A DNA stretch of 64,000 nt from an uncultured virus (IMG/VR IMGVR_UViG_3300034018_000714) (IMGVR_UViG_3300034018_000714); one strand, 5' to 3'; shown: positions 39,884 to 50,595, numbered from the stretch's first letter. Notes: generated from the letters alone by a model not told the origin. Made by a program: numbers and translations.

Positions 39884-40681
39884 ATGTCAGAATCATTATC
39901 CAGTCTAGCGAATGCGGCTAATAGCGCAATCGCAGAATCAGCACCAACTATTGACAATTCTCCAGACACAACTGTAACCCTTCTTAAAGGTGTCCTTAAT
40001 ACGGAAACCAATGACTGGGAAACTGTGGCACAAGTCCGTGAACTTACTGGAGAAGACGAGGAATCATTAGCGGCACTTGACGCTAAAGAAGAATTGTCAT
40101 ACGGAGACTATCTAAACGAATTGTTAAAAAAAGCAGTTGTAACTATTGGCTCTATGTCTATTGCTAGTAACCAGCATCTTATTGATGAATTACTTATTGG
40201 TGATCGTGACTTATTGTTTTTAGGTGTTGTTCGTGCAACTTATGGTAAGTCACGAGAAATGCAACTCAACTGCGGAACATGTGGCAAAAGCAACGATGTA
40301 ACTATTGACCTAGTTGATGACTTTAAAGTTGACAAAGTAGATGTAGACCTTACAAAGCCAATTAATGTTGTTCTTAAAAATGGGGAAACTTCCTCATTTA
40401 ATTACCCAACATCAGGTGATAGTAGGTATGCGGCTAAAAAAGGTAAAACCGCTGCTGAACAAAATACATACATTATTGCTCGTTGTCTTATTAACACCAT
40501 GGATCGTGAATCTCGTGAATCATGGGCTAAAAAGTTAAACATTGCAGACCGTAAAAAGATCACAAAAGCAATCACCTCGGTACAACCAGGTCCTCAAATG
40601 GAGGAGGTGGAGACTCAGTGTGCCCATTGTGATACTAATTTAACAGTGGTGATAGATTGGGTCTCACTTTTATTCGGTTGA
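39884..40681 (+). CDS. Tail assembly chaperone / T4 gp26-like protein
   Basis: VRELTG.DEE, LLIGDRD.L, two CxxC motifs; between tube and tape measure. Confidence 0.75.
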   Translation: MSESLSSLANAANSAIAESAPTIDNSPDTTVTLLKGVLNTETNDWETVAQVRELTGEDEESLAALDAKEELSYGDYLNELLKKAVVTIGSMSIASNQHLIDELLIGDRDLLFLGVVRATYGKSREMQLNCGTCGKSNDVTIDLVDDFKVDKVDVDLTKPINVVLKNGETSSFNYPTSGDSRYAAKKGKTAAEQNTYIIARCLINTMDRESRESWAKKLNIADRKKITKAITSVQPGPQMEEVETQCAHCDTNLTVVIDWVSLLFG

Positions 40682-40814
40682 TCTGACACTTATTTATTGG
40701 GAATACGAAAGAATTGTCTCTGCGTACAGAGGCTTTGGTCTCCAAGACCTCAAAACAATGACAGTGCGCCAGCGTGCCTTTTGGTTCAGCATGGCAAAGT
40801 GGCGTAATAAATAA
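40656..40814 (+). CDS. Start-less ORF, probable frameshift extension of the tail assembly chaperone
   Basis: +1 frame reads YSVDLTLIYWEYERIVSAYRGFGLQDLKTMTVRQRAFWFSMAKWRNK; no ATG/GTG/TTG between in-frame TAG 40653 and ATG 40758. Confidence 0.55.
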   Translation: MGSHFYSVDLTLIYWEYERIVSAYRGFGLQDLKTMTVRQRAFWFSMAKWRNK

Positions 40815-40827
40815 TTAAGGATTTATC

Positions 40828-43212
40828 ATGACTCCAGAAAACCAAGGTGGTGAAAGCCCAATTGACCGTGTTGCCCAGCCCTCTAGGGGTGGTAATGGTC
40901 GTGCCACACTTGGTATTGATGCTCGTCAAGAAGCCCAAGTCCTTGGTTTCATGGACAAACTTACCCGCAAGGTTGAGGTCCTTACTGACAAGGTATCCAA
41001 AGCACATACTGCTTTAGGAAAAATTGGTAGCAACCTAAACTCCATTAACCCTTCTGGAGGACAACGCCCTGCTTCGGGTAGTGCAGGAAGTGTGTCTGCT
41101 TCCATGGCATCTTCTAGAGGGTCTATTTCTGCTCCATCTGCCACAGCGGGTACCGCAGGTGCGGGAACAGGTACATCAGGTACCTTTGCTGCTGCTATGC
41201 CTTCAATGGCTCAAATGGCTCAACTGCTTAAAAAGATCCCAATGCCTAGTGGAGGCGGAGGCGGAGGCGGAGGCGGAGGCGGAGGCGGAGGCGGAGGCGG
41301 AGTCCCATTCTTGTCAGATGCTGGGCGAATGCCAGGAATCACCTCCGATGCACGAATAGGTGTTGGTGCAGAATACTCTCTCCAAGCGGACAGAATGACT
41401 GCACTATATCAACAGATGTATGGTGCATCTAACGCAGAAATCCGTAATGGTGTTCGTAAACCTTTAACCAGCCATTACATGCTTGGTGGCTCTGATGCCA
41501 TTAATCAGATGATGAACCTACAAGCCACCACAGGTTTGACGGCTACTAAGCAAGCATCCAGCGTAGAAGCCATGCGTGCTATTACAGGATTCTCTTTAAG
41601 CACAGAGGGTGCTACAAAGATGATTGCTGGCATGTCTTCCCCAGATGTTGCTAACCGTATGTTCATGATGGGTGGCGGTGGTATGTACGGAATTGGCGGT
41701 AAAGAAAACACCGCCATGGGAAACATTCAAGGAATTGTTCGCCGTGCTGGATTGACTAACCCAGAGGCTCTTCGTGGAGCCCTACAACCTGGATCTAACA
41801 CCCGTCAACGACTTACGGCTATGGGTGTTCCTGAAGACATGCAAGACATGGTTATTCAGTACGCCATGGAAAACACACAGTTTCAAAAGAAAACAAATGG
41901 TAAAGAAGGGATGTATGACCCTTCACAAGAATCTGATCGCAAAACTATGGGTATTGAAGGCAACTACATTACCCAACACGAAAAAACAACTGGTGAAAAG
42001 ATCAAGCGTGAAGAACGCTTTTATGGTCGTCAAACAGATAACTTTGCTGACTTTGAGAAAAACTTGCGTAGTGCTACCAAAATGCTTGCAATGTTTGAAG
42101 ACCAACTATCAGGAATCATTGGAGTTAAAATTAGTACCGCTGGAAACCCAGCAGTTAACTTCTTAAAAGACACTTTTGGTAATAAAACAGGTGTGGGTAC
42201 TGGTTTAATTAATGCGTTTAGAAACATTTTTTCTGGTGGTGGTGACGGTAATAAACCATCTGCTGGTCCCGCAGCAAACTTTACTGCTACAAAAACAACT
42301 ACATCAACTCCAAGAGACTCGTTGCCAGCGACTGACGAAAGAAAACTATCTTCACTTAAACCACAGTTAGCAGAACCATTACGCAACATGTTGTTGGCAA
42401 ACAACAAATTGTACATTGGACAAGGATTTAGAAGTTTACAAGAACAGGAATCTGAGTTCCGCCGCCGTTATGAAGAACGCCCAGATCTAACTGAAAAAAC
42501 TAGTTCGTCAGACAGAATTTGGAATGACACCGTTTGGGTCAAGAAAAAAGGTTCTGGTTATGACTTGGCTGCTCCAGGAGAGTCATACCACGCTGAATAC
42601 CTTGCAGCAGATGTTATGGGAGACAACGAGTGGATTAGGGCAAACGCCGCAGCATATGGACTAGATCATGGTGGTACAAAAGGTGGGGGAACAGGAGACG
42701 AACCATTCCATGTTCAGCCCGCAGGAAGTATGCGTACTCCTTTAGATAAATACTTAAAATCAATTGGTGCAACACGAGTCAACCCCTATAAATCAGTTAA
42801 AGGATCTGGTAAAGGCTCTGTTAGGTCGTCTTCTGCAAAAGGAAAAAACTATGTTGTTGCAAAAGGTCCAAACAAAAAGGGTGGTTCTTTAGGAGGTGTT
42901 GCTGCTGGTCGGGCATCAGCGGCTACAGCCCCAGAAGTTACTTCTGCATTCAACAGAATTGAGGGTATTGACAAACCAGTGTCTCCAACTGCACTTAGTA
43001 GAAACTTTGGTGATGGTAATACCTACTCCCAAGACACGAGCGTTAGTGGAGGCGTAGGTGGTGGTTCCTACGGTAGTGGATCAATTGTTATTTCACCTAA
43101 CATCTACCTACAAGGTGGGCAAGACACCAATGGCGACATCCGCCGTATTGCTAAGGAAGTCGGAAGGCTTCTTGAAAGTGAAGTTAAACTAGTAATGATG
43201 AGGCAAACATGA
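40828..43212 (+). CDS. Tape measure protein with C-terminal M15-type peptidase domain
   Basis: Position; G.RS..EQ...AAPGESYH...AAD...EPFHVQ. Confidence 0.8.
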   Translation: MTPENQGGESPIDRVAQPSRGGNGRATLGIDARQEAQVLGFMDKLTRKVEVLTDKVSKAHTALGKIGSNLNSINPSGGQRPASGSAGSVSASMASSRGSISAPSATAGTAGAGTGTSGTFAAAMPSMAQMAQLLKKIPMPSGGGGGGGGGGGGGGGGGVPFLSDAGRMPGITSDARIGVGAEYSLQADRMTALYQQMYGASNAEIRNGVRKPLTSHYMLGGSDAINQMMNLQATTGLTATKQASSVEAMRAITGFSLSTEGATKMIAGMSSPDVANRMFMMGGGGMYGIGGKENTAMGNIQGIVRRAGLTNPEALRGALQPGSNTRQRLTAMGVPEDMQDMVIQYAMENTQFQKKTNGKEGMYDPSQESDRKTMGIEGNYITQHEKTTGEKIKREERFYGRQTDNFADFEKNLRSATKMLAMFEDQLSGIIGVKISTAGNPAVNFLKDTFGNKTGVGTGLINAFRNIFSGGGDGNKPSAGPAANFTATKTTTSTPRDSLPATDERKLSSLKPQLAEPLRNMLLANNKLYIGQGFRSLQEQESEFRRRYEERPDLTEKTSSSDRIWNDTVWVKKKGSGYDLAAPGESYHAEYLAADVMGDNEWIRANAAAYGLDHGGTKGGGTGDEPFHVQPAGSMRTPLDKYLKSIGATRVNPYKSVKGSGKGSVRSSSAKGKNYVVAKGPNKKGGSLGGVAAGRASAATAPEVTSAFNRIEGIDKPVSPTALSRNFGDGNTYSQDTSVSGGVGGGSYGSGSIVISPNIYLQGGQDTNGDIRRIAKEVGRLLESEVKLVMMRQT
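41251..41301 (+). repeat. Perfect (GGAGGC)8.5 microsatellite encoding poly-Gly
   Basis: Read directly from sequence. Confidence 0.95.
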
Positions 43213-44879
43213 GTCTTGATAATGTGCGATTTAGTCCAGAGGCACTTGCTGCATATAAAGAGGCATACCCTGAGTATGGTATTGGAAAGATGGCAGGTGT
43301 AGGCAACACTTACTCTACAAACCAATTTTATGGAATTTCTGGTATGCCAGGTTCGCCAGAACCTATGGGTATCGCTCGCACCAATATTGATAACCCTCCA
43401 TTTTTGTATCCTAAAAAACAATACATGGACTCTGCTGGCAGAACACATGCTGTACAGCGTGGTTATATGCGTAGCCTTCTTACTGACCCTGCTGTTGACT
43501 TATCAGGTAATGCAAAACCACGAAGAGTATTCTTTCAATTTAATCCTGTAGCACTTCAGCGTTCTGTGCAACAGAACATTGGTGCAATGAACCCATTGCT
43601 TCAAGACCCCGTACAGTTAACACAGCCTGTTCCTGGTACGGCTACTTTTGCGTTTGAGTTGTTTTTTAACCGTGAACACGAAGTAAATGCTCACTACAAC
43701 TATTCAGATACCGATTGGTTGATGCTACCTAATGGTCAAAAGGCTCTTGTTTCAGAGATTGGTGTTTTAGCAGACCTCATGCTCCTTGACTCTATTACGG
43801 GTCAAGGTTTATCTCAAGACCTTATTAAAACCCTAACCTCATATTCTCAGGCTCAATACAACGCACAAAACAAAGACATCAATGATGCTAAACAAGACGC
43901 AATTGACCGTGGAGACAATGAGGCTGCTAAAACATACGAACCATATGAAGTTCCTGATCAAGCAGATATTGACAAAATCTTTAAAAATAACTTAGGAAAC
44001 ACAGCATTCCTTAACCCACTTCCATTCCGTGTGATGTTCTCATCATTGTTTATGGTTGAAGGTGTTGCTACCAGCGTTGATGTTATTTTCCAAAAGTTCA
44101 GTAGGACGATGGTACCTACACAATGTAAAGTAACTATTCAAATGTATGCGCTATACCTTGGCTTTGCTAAGAAGAATACATTTATCTATGACAACTTGAT
44201 TCAAAGTGCACAACTTGTAGAGGAACAACAAGTTAATGACCCTGTTACTCAACAAGCACTTGATATTGGTCTTAACTATTGTGAAGCACGGTTAATAACT
44301 AAGGGTGAAAAGATAGATAAAAACAATCCCTTTATACAAATTAGAAAATTAACAATAAATCCTTTATTGCTTGATCTTGAAAAAAAGCGTACATTAGGAA
44401 ACATTACTTATCAATTTTTTATTGAGTATAAAATTACAGAAACTGTATCAACAACAATTACTGATGAAAATCTAAAGGCTTCTCGTAAAATTCTTACAGA
44501 AGAAGATGGTAAAGATACCTTTGAACAAGGTACTCAAGAAATTGATATTATGCTTGTTGGAGAAGACTTTGTAGACTCTATGTATTCTGGAGTTGGTGGC
44601 GAGGGTGGTGGTGGAACCTACCAAAACACCCCATATGAGCCCTATGTTACATGGCGTGTTGGTATGACCATTAGCGCAGAATCATCAGGTGGTAGTGCGC
44701 TTACTTCTAAAGATTTTATATTTACTCAATTTAATAATGACCAATGGTTTGAGCCACAAAGTGCAAGCCCAACATCAAAAGTGCTGGGTCCTTCTACCTA
44801 CTCTCGTAAAATAACTGGTCGTAATGGACAACCTACTGGAACAACGGGACCAACACCTACACCAAGGATTGTCCCATGA
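43209..44879 (+). CDS. Tail tube initiator / baseplate protein
   Basis: FQFNP..LQRS, FELFFNR, V.FQKFS..MVPTQC.V. Confidence 0.65.
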   Translation: MSLDNVRFSPEALAAYKEAYPEYGIGKMAGVGNTYSTNQFYGISGMPGSPEPMGIARTNIDNPPFLYPKKQYMDSAGRTHAVQRGYMRSLLTDPAVDLSGNAKPRRVFFQFNPVALQRSVQQNIGAMNPLLQDPVQLTQPVPGTATFAFELFFNREHEVNAHYNYSDTDWLMLPNGQKALVSEIGVLADLMLLDSITGQGLSQDLIKTLTSYSQAQYNAQNKDINDAKQDAIDRGDNEAAKTYEPYEVPDQADIDKIFKNNLGNTAFLNPLPFRVMFSSLFMVEGVATSVDVIFQKFSRTMVPTQCKVTIQMYALYLGFAKKNTFIYDNLIQSAQLVEEQQVNDPVTQQALDIGLNYCEARLITKGEKIDKNNPFIQIRKLTINPLLLDLEKKRTLGNITYQFFIEYKITETVSTTITDENLKASRKILTEEDGKDTFEQGTQEIDIMLVGEDFVDSMYSGVGGEGGGGTYQNTPYEPYVTWRVGMTISAESSGGSALTSKDFIFTQFNNDQWFEPQSASPTSKVLGPSTYSRKITGRNGQPTGTTGPTPTPRIVP

Positions 44880-45130
44880 TCCAAACTATTTCTCGCTATA
44901 AAGTATTTACTGAAGTCCGTAATGACGAATTAGCCGTTATATCACTACCAATGCCTGTAACTAATGGTGGATACCTTACACATATCACTAGAGAAAATGA
45001 ATCATTTGACTTGTTGGCTACTAAATACCTTGGCGCCCCAATTTTTTATTGGATGATTGCAAAAATAAATCCACAAGTACAGTTTCCTGACAGAATTCCA
45101 CCAGGAACGGCTATCCGTATTCCACGATGA
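44876..45130 (+). CDS. LysM-like baseplate protein (P2 gpX-like)
   Basis: ESFDLLATKYLG...YWMIAKINP...IPPGT.IRIP. Confidence 0.85.
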   Translation: MIQTISRYKVFTEVRNDELAVISLPMPVTNGGYLTHITRENESFDLLATKYLGAPIFYWMIAKINPQVQFPDRIPPGTAIRIPR

Positions 45131-46290
45131 TTACCACAGGCTCGTCTTCACTTGAACTTAAATTTGAAGTTGCTATTAACGGAGTACCTTTTGATATTAC
45201 GGCAATACAACGAGTAAGTATTGAGTTGCAAGAAAATATGCATAATATTGCAATTTTAGATATTGCTGGTCTTCCTACAAAGTTTTTAGGTGCTTATGTG
45301 GATGCCCCTATTGCTATCCATATCACGGTAGCCAAAACACGGTCACAGTTTTTTATGGGCTATGTAGCCTATTTAGAGCCTGAATCAAAAAACATTGATG
45401 GACTAGTAAACAAAAGCCCATTCCAAACAACACGCATTTATTGTTTTGGATCGTCATATGTTATGCGTAGCCGTAAAACCCGTGCGTGGAATCAAAAGAC
45501 ACTGCCACAAATTGCCACTGAACTTGCAGACAATTACAATTTCACGGTTGCTGTACCTAATGATCGTTATGTATTTCCACGATTAGTGCAATCAGGTAAA
45601 TCAGATTGGGAATTTTTAGTAGACGCTGCAAACTACCTTGGGTACCATGTGGTTATGCGTGGAACCCACATTGATATCTGGGATCCCTATACCTCCCTTA
45701 GTCGCTATGTGTCTACTCCTCTCTACGCTATGACTGGTAATAAGGGAAATATTCAAGCACAGCCAGGACAGGTAATTAAGTTTTCTGCCACAGTTGGAGC
45801 AGTAAACCCTATTTCTGCCAAAGTTCCCGACACCATCTACGCACTGACCAGTACAAATAATATTTCTTCTTTAACCCAGAACACTTACACAGGTTATGGA
45901 GAGGAAGTTACATCCATATTTTCTGATGAAATAGCACACAATGCTGATTCCATTGATATGGCAAAAGCAATCATTAAAGGAAGAACTCGCCAAAAGTTCC
46001 CGTATACCGCAGAGGTAGAGGTAGTTGGAGATCCCACTTTAGAGCCAGGCATGGCTATTGATCTAGATAAATATGACTCAATTGTGGATGGTATCTGGAT
46101 TGTAAAATCCGCTCGGCATGATATGTTTCGTGGGTCTGCTATGAGTTATTTAACACTTGTAAAAGATTCCAACTATAATGGTGTAGTAAATCCCACAGAA
46201 AAAACAAGTCCCGCACCCGTTCTTCCAGAGCCAATTCTTAAAAATGGTAAATGGTCCACAACAAAAACTTTATCGTATGTCTACTCTTAG
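45127..46290 (+). CDS. Baseplate hub (gpD/gp27-like)
   Basis: Q...SDWEFL..AA...GY; GDPTL.PG..I...G.WIV..ARH. Confidence 0.85.
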   Translation: MITTGSSSLELKFEVAINGVPFDITAIQRVSIELQENMHNIAILDIAGLPTKFLGAYVDAPIAIHITVAKTRSQFFMGYVAYLEPESKNIDGLVNKSPFQTTRIYCFGSSYVMRSRKTRAWNQKTLPQIATELADNYNFTVAVPNDRYVFPRLVQSGKSDWEFLVDAANYLGYHVVMRGTHIDIWDPYTSLSRYVSTPLYAMTGNKGNIQAQPGQVIKFSATVGAVNPISAKVPDTIYALTSTNNISSLTQNTYTGYGEEVTSIFSDEIAHNADSIDMAKAIIKGRTRQKFPYTAEVEVVGDPTLEPGMAIDLDKYDSIVDGIWIVKSARHDMFRGSAMSYLTLVKDSNYNGVVNPTEKTSPAPVLPEPILKNGKWSTTKTLSYVYS

Positions 46291-46299
46291 GGGATATTT

Positions 46300-46743
46300 A
46301 TGAAATCAATTTCAATACCTTTTAGATTTGAGTCTAGTTCTGGTCAAGTGGCAACAGCAAAGACCAAAGGAAAAGTTGTTACGACTACTAACAACAATAC
46401 TATTGCTCGTCAAAGAATTGCAGATGTGTTGGCTACTCGCCGTTTTGAAAGAGTAAATAGACCAGAGTATGGTGCAGGTATTAGTGATCTTTTGTTTGAA
46501 CCACTTGACGAACTGATTTTTGCTGACTTCCGTCTTGACGCAATTAATACTCTTAATGACTATGTATCAAACGCAGATATTAGAGACTTACAAATTAGGA
46601 CAGGAAACCCTATACAATACTCTGGAGACGGAGATTCTACACTTGTTGTTCGTGTTATCTACCATACAGCAGACACGGGTACATCTACATTTACTGCCAG
46701 TATTGGACAAAACACTATTTTAACTGAGGAAAGTAAAATTTAA
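46300..46743 (+). CDS. Baseplate wedge gp25/gpW-like protein
   Basis: VL.T...ERV.RPEYG.GI..LLFEP. Confidence 0.9.
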   Translation: MKSISIPFRFESSSGQVATAKTKGKVVTTTNNNTIARQRIADVLATRRFERVNRPEYGAGISDLLFEPLDELIFADFRLDAINTLNDYVSNADIRDLQIRTGNPIQYSGDGDSTLVVRVIYHTADTGTSTFTASIGQNTILTEESKI

Positions 46744-46745
46744 TT

Positions 46746-48554
46746 ATGGCTACTTTTGATTACACAAGCAGGGATTACCTGTCTATTCGTCAAGATTTAA
46801 TTAACCGTGCGGCAACTACTGTCCCTGAGTGGAACTCTATTGACTCTTCAGATTTTGCCAATGTGTTTGTTGATCTTTGGGCGTACATGGGAGACATCCT
46901 CCATTTCTATGTAGACCGTGCTGCTTCAGAAACATTTTTAGCAACAGCCACACAGCGTGAATCAGTGATAGCAATTGCTAATTTAATGGATTACATCCCT
47001 TCGTCTGTTCGTGCTGCCCGTGGGTCAATCAACATCACCTTAAATGTGTTGCCTACAGGCGCAACAACCTATGTTCTTCCTGCATACACCGTGCTAACTG
47101 GTTACGATGACAACAATAATATGTATAGTTTCTATACATCTGCTGATTCAGGATCGTTGAGTTCTGGGACACCCACTGCTAGTGCTATCCCCATTGTGCA
47201 AGGAACCATTATCTTTAATGAAGAAACTTCTAGTAGAAGTTCTGGAAACCCTGCTCAAAAATACACACTGCTAAAAAAGAATGTTGACTCAAATAGCATT
47301 ACCGTACAAGTACTGGAAGGTCCACTATCTGGTGGTATTCCTACACTAGTTGAATACCAGTATGTTACGCAATTGTCGGACGCTAACTATCTAGACAAAG
47401 TTTTTACAGCACGGATTACTTCCGATGGATTTACTGAAATCTTGTTTGGTAATGGGTTTAATGGATTTATTCCAACAACAAATGCTCAAATTTTTGTATC
47501 GTACAGAACAGCAGATGGTTCGGCTGGAAATATCCCAGCAAACAAAATTACCGAGATATCTGGAGTTCCTTCAAACTATGTGAGCATCTCTTCATCAACC
47601 GCTACTAGTGGTGGTGCAGATATGGAAACAATTAATTCCATTAAAAACAATGTTACTAGGTTGTACAGAACAAATGATCGTGCTGTGTCTTTACAAGACT
47701 ATAAAGACTTGTCTTTACAAATTCCTGGAGTAAGTAAGGTTACTGCTGAGTTTGGTCCAAGTTCTGCTAAAACAATTAGCACATCTACAGTTAACACCAC
47801 TCACCTAACAGTTAACACTTCTGTAGCACATAAGTTTATTGCTGGACAAACGGTTACCCTTTCTGGAATTAGTCAAAGTTCTCACAACATTGCAAGCATT
47901 GTTATTGACGCAGTACCTACTGCAACATCATTCACTGTTTTAAAGAGTGGGTATTCATCAGCACCTACAGGAAGTGGTACTGGAGGAACTGCAACCACCG
48001 TTGACTCAACGGTAGTTATCTACCCAGTACCCCACCAAAGTTCCTACCCACCAGCACCTGTTCTTGATGGTGGGATACCTAAAGTTTTAATGGATATCCC
48101 AAATTCTATGTCGGAACTTATTGAAAGTTACTTTGCAACACGGTCTATGTTGGGAGTAACAACTAAAGTTACTAATCCTGTAAACATTGCATCCTTAGAT
48201 AAATACATCCAAATTATTCCTGTATACCTAAACCTTACAATTAATGTAAGAGAGAATTATGTACAGAGTTTGGTAAGGGCTCAAGTAGACAATGCAGTAA
48301 GAAAACTTCTTTCTTTTGACAATGTTTATTTTAATCAGTTACTGACAATTGGTGAGGTTTACCGTGCGGCGCTTTCAGTTGTTGGCGTGGATTATGTTTC
48401 AATCGTAAATATGAGTACAACATATGCCCCTAGTGGTGGCACAGTTGCAAATATCCAGGCTGATACAACAAAACTACTATGTTTCACTGACCTGATATCA
48501 AGCAACCCTGCAATCATCTACACAATGGTTGGTGGATTGACTGGAAGTAATTAA
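46746..48554 (+). CDS. Baseplate wedge J / T4 gp6-like protein
   Basis: DYTSRDY.SIR, AYMGDIL.FY.DR...E.FL.TA, FGNG..G.IP, RAVSL.DY. Confidence 0.9.
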   Translation: MATFDYTSRDYLSIRQDLINRAATTVPEWNSIDSSDFANVFVDLWAYMGDILHFYVDRAASETFLATATQRESVIAIANLMDYIPSSVRAARGSINITLNVLPTGATTYVLPAYTVLTGYDDNNNMYSFYTSADSGSLSSGTPTASAIPIVQGTIIFNEETSSRSSGNPAQKYTLLKKNVDSNSITVQVLEGPLSGGIPTLVEYQYVTQLSDANYLDKVFTARITSDGFTEILFGNGFNGFIPTTNAQIFVSYRTADGSAGNIPANKITEISGVPSNYVSISSSTATSGGADMETINSIKNNVTRLYRTNDRAVSLQDYKDLSLQIPGVSKVTAEFGPSSAKTISTSTVNTTHLTVNTSVAHKFIAGQTVTLSGISQSSHNIASIVIDAVPTATSFTVLKSGYSSAPTGSGTGGTATTVDSTVVIYPVPHQSSYPPAPVLDGGIPKVLMDIPNSMSELIESYFATRSMLGVTTKVTNPVNIASLDKYIQIIPVYLNLTINVRENYVQSLVRAQVDNAVRKLLSFDNVYFNQLLTIGEVYRAALSVVGVDYVSIVNMSTTYAPSGGTVANIQADTTKLLCFTDLISSNPAIIYTMVGGLTGSN

Positions 48555-50335
48555 TGCCAATTTCATCATTCATCCTTCGTAAGACACTTACAGAAAATGG
48601 ATCAGCACTACGCAGAACAAAAGTTATCCAAGATATCTCAAACCCTGGTAGTGGTGACACAGTCTATGACAGCGGTTTGCGTGCTGATGGGTTCTTTCCC
48701 CCTACCCCTGTTTCCTACAGTGAATCTACTTTAGAAGCCGCTGTTTATTATCGCAATAAAGTAACACTCAAGTGGCGTTTATCAGAAGTGTTAATAAGTG
48801 CCCCTGAAACTTTGGATTTTGATCCTGTGGAGTTACTCATCCGTGGATCTGGTTCTGGAGAACCTATTACTCCAGAAGATGGTTTTTTTGTGATATCTGT
48901 TAATTCAGAAAACTATGTTGAGACTATTGAGGATATTTCTAGTCAAGCAAACCCTTATATCGTTGAAGGTAATTGGTGTTACTACTCTTTATTTATTAAG
49001 TACGCCAATGAAGCAGGTGATTCGTATTACGAAAAAGCAACTGATTTGTCTGTACAAATTCCATACAATTTTGATTCTACAGAAAACTTATGGAGAAGAA
49101 TACCAGTCTATTACCGAGAGTTAGATCAGCAGTACGCATTAAACACGCCTGATTATGCTGAGGCTGATGGTCCCTTGTACCGATATGTTGAATTATTTGG
49201 CTGGGAACTTGACAAAATTCGCACAACAATCTATGACACGATGCGGGTAAATGACCCAGATGTTGTACATAGTTCTGCTATTGACGCATTAGCATCTCAA
49301 GTAGGTCTTCCCATATCTAAAGATTTTTTAGGAACATCTAAACTTAGGACATTACTAAATAACGCAGGGTACCTACAGAGGAATAAAGGAACGCAGAACA
49401 GTGTAGAAGCATACATTACTGCCCTTACTGGATGCGGTGTAACCACTAACTACTCAAGTGGACTCACAACTTTTAGCGTACACCCAATGAGGGTAAATCT
49501 TTTTACTGACCCATTCTTTAACCAAGGTGTTACCAACCCAACTGTTGCCGATACGGGTGCCATTCAAAGGAAATGGACACAACTGGACGAAGGTGGAAGA
49601 TCATATGGTTGGGGTGTGTATACCCAATTTAGTTCTGCACCATCAAGTACACTAAGTGTTTCAACTGCAAATGATATATTAACAATCACTCTCCCACCTT
49701 TGTCTGGAACGGTCACTCTTTTGGTCTATTCCCGTGGTGAATTTGTATACAACAATAATTTAACTTATTATTACTCGGCAAAAAGTTCCCATAACTTTAG
49801 TCCAAGGTTTTTATACGCTCACGACATGATGAATTTGGAAACAACTCCACCAACAAGTATTCCGTATTTTGATTCATGGAACAATGCAGTGACCAATTTT
49901 CCAGAGTTTAATGATTCTTTGACTAATGGTTTACGAGATATTAAAGCAACTATCCCAAGTACTTCCACAGTTACTTCTGACTATGTAATTCCAGTTTATA
50001 AATTTGACATTACATTGTCAGCAACTACGCCAACTGTTGTAACTCTTCAAAACCCATTAGTTGAATACCGAAATACAAGTGGGGCGTTCTTTACAGGAAG
50101 CAACACAAACGGCGGGTTTGTACCCACAGCAGGTGGTGCACCAAACGCAGGTAGATATGACTACCATTGGGGCACTTACACAGAGGGAAGCAGCCCTAAC
50201 ACAAACTTTTCGTATTACACCCTTGATGGTTACCGATCCCAAAAAGTAACCGAGAATATCATTGAAAATAATGTTATGCCAGTTAACATGGTTAATGGTA
50301 TTGATTACGACATTATTTGGGATGTACTTGAGTGA
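48554..50335 (+). CDS. Baseplate wedge / tail protein I-like
   Basis: IPVYYR..D, L.R..ELFG.E.D, KGT...VE.YI.ALTG. Confidence 0.75.
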   Translation: MPISSFILRKTLTENGSALRRTKVIQDISNPGSGDTVYDSGLRADGFFPPTPVSYSESTLEAAVYYRNKVTLKWRLSEVLISAPETLDFDPVELLIRGSGSGEPITPEDGFFVISVNSENYVETIEDISSQANPYIVEGNWCYYSLFIKYANEAGDSYYEKATDLSVQIPYNFDSTENLWRRIPVYYRELDQQYALNTPDYAEADGPLYRYVELFGWELDKIRTTIYDTMRVNDPDVVHSSAIDALASQVGLPISKDFLGTSKLRTLLNNAGYLQRNKGTQNSVEAYITALTGCGVTTNYSSGLTTFSVHPMRVNLFTDPFFNQGVTNPTVADTGAIQRKWTQLDEGGRSYGWGVYTQFSSAPSSTLSVSTANDILTITLPPLSGTVTLLVYSRGEFVYNNNLTYYYSAKSSHNFSPRFLYAHDMMNLETTPPTSIPYFDSWNNAVTNFPEFNDSLTNGLRDIKATIPSTSTVTSDYVIPVYKFDITLSATTPTVVTLQNPLVEYRNTSGAFFTGSNTNGGFVPTAGGAPNAGRYDYHWGTYTEGSSPNTNFSYYTLDGYRSQKVTENIIENNVMPVNMVNGIDYDIIWDVLE

Positions 50336-50586
50336 ATTATCTATTAGCAGGTCTTGCTGTTTACAAGTTGATGCAGTTTCTTAATACGCTGACACCTAAA
50401 GAGGCGATGCCTTGGGTGAAAGTACTAGTTGGGATTGCTCTTGGCTATGGTGTGGCGTTTGTCACAAATCTTCCAGATGCGTGGACAAGTGGGTTGGTAG
50501 TCGCTACAATCGCTTCTGCCTGCCACGGTCTCTTGCGTCTACTGACACTTCATGGGGACTTGGCGGCTCGTAAAACTTACAAGTAG
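50332..50586 (+). CDS. Small multi-TM membrane protein (holin-like)
   Basis: Three hydrophobic segments at the end of the tail module. Confidence 0.6.
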   Translation: MNYLLAGLAVYKLMQFLNTLTPKEAMPWVKVLVGIALGYGVAFVTNLPDAWTSGLVVATIASACHGLLRLLTLHGDLAARKTYK

Positions 50587-50595
50587 GAGCAACAC

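Noticed and set aside
37575..50335. Extracellular contractile injection system or tailocin
   Set aside because: Terminase, portal, scaffold, capsid and a replisome are present, so this is a phage tail
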